Origin: Oscillospiraceae bacterium
Lineage (GTDB): Bacteria > Bacillota > Clostridia > Oscillospirales > Ruminococcaceae
Direction: 5' to 3'
Assembly (NCBI GenBank): GCA_031551485.1
Contig: JAVBNO010000019.1
Location: 7,574-71,573 of the forward strand
Length of the DNA stretch: 64,000 bases
The notes beneath the pieces were generated by a model, which saw only the letters and a program-made list of their open reading frames with translations, did no database searches and was not told the DNA's origin. Both the position numbers and the translations under genes were made by a program. The first letter of the stretch is position 1. Each line of letters opens with the position of its first letter. This document shows, piece by piece, positions 63,747-64,000 of the stretch.

Positions 63747-64000
63747 GTGTGACGCGTATTTTTGTGGAAAAGAAAAAGCCTTATGACATTGAGGCCATGG
63801 GGCTTTTGCACGAGCTACAGGATTTGGTGGGCATTACCTCCCTTCGGGCGCTGCGGCTGCTGAACCGTTACGATGTGGAGGGCATTGGCGCAGACCTTTT
63901 TGCGGCCTGCCGGAATGTGGTTTTTGCCGAGCCCCAGGTGGACAACACCTATGACGAGCTGCCCGTCTTCGACGGCGTCATTTTTGCCGTGGAATATTTG
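63743..64000 (+). CDS. purL: FGAM synthase (single-chain large PurL type), 3'-truncated by the window edge
   Basis: ATGA overlap with purD. The N-terminus RIFVEKKKPYDIEA…LNRYDVEG is typical of the clostridial large PurL N-domain. The frame is open to nt 64000. Confidence 0.75.
   Translation, partial: MSVTRIFVEKKKPYDIEAMGLLHELQDLVGITSLRALRLLNRYDVEGIGADLFAACRNVVFAEPQVDNTYDELPVFDGVIFAVEYL

Noticed and set aside
1-64000. CRISPR arrays, rRNA genes, IS elements, prophage modules and canonical defence genes (restriction-modification, helicase or nuclease islands)
   Set aside because: I saw no regularly spaced 25-40-nt direct repeats and no transposase, integrase, recombinase, capsid or terminase-like ORFs. 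I also saw no methyltransferase or nuclease motifs in any ORF of the track.

Overview
This is a 64-kb chromosomal segment of about 55-60% GC (judged by eye), densely coding. It looks like a monoderm Firmicute of the Clostridia type. That guess is an inference from LAAC/LSGC lipobox substrate-binding proteins, a YesM/YesN-type two-component system, a split purH/purO and GGAGG ribosome-binding sites. All calls come from motif recognition and gene context only; no BLAST, HMM or covariance search could be run.

Gene content, left to right:
- a 5'-truncated Asp-box propeller protein
- a MarR-controlled heterodimeric ABC exporter
- NAD salvage genes (pncA-like and pncB)
- an orphan double-ATPase activase plus dehydratase-like pair
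- a large galactose block: galK, three tandem mglB paralogs, mglA, mglC, a three-component sugar sensor (AraC-type response regulator, LytS/YesM-type kinase, membrane-tethered binding protein), a fourth binding protein and galM
- a metzincin-like protein
- tRNA-Pro(GGG)

Directly after the tRNA lies a compositionally mosaic, integrase-less island of about 15 kb. It carries three small or unusual regulators: a 57-aa HTH protein, a polytopic-membrane LuxR and a 78-aa LuxR solo. These are followed by one 9,030-nt ORF encoding a 3,009-aa N-terminally anchored giant protein. That protein contains FN3-like and Ig-like modules, about 800 aa I cannot assign, an exact 11-residue Tyr-periodic helical array, and a Gly/aromatic beta-rich C-terminal domain. 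This is my best candidate for an undescribed system.

Downstream are:
- an AT-rich rubredoxin-cupin pair and an MFS transporter
- a PucR-associated fdrA/DUF1116/DUF2877/carbamate-kinase catabolic module with a cysteine hydrolase and two paralogous permeases
- a deletion scar fusing a LicR-like N-terminus to a GH1 C-terminus
- the pur operon (purE-C-F-M-N-purO-like-purH-D-L, with purL truncated by the window edge)

I saw no rRNA, CRISPR array, transposase, integrase or phage structural gene. Many long ORFs in the supplied track are antisense artefacts of GC-rich coding DNA.
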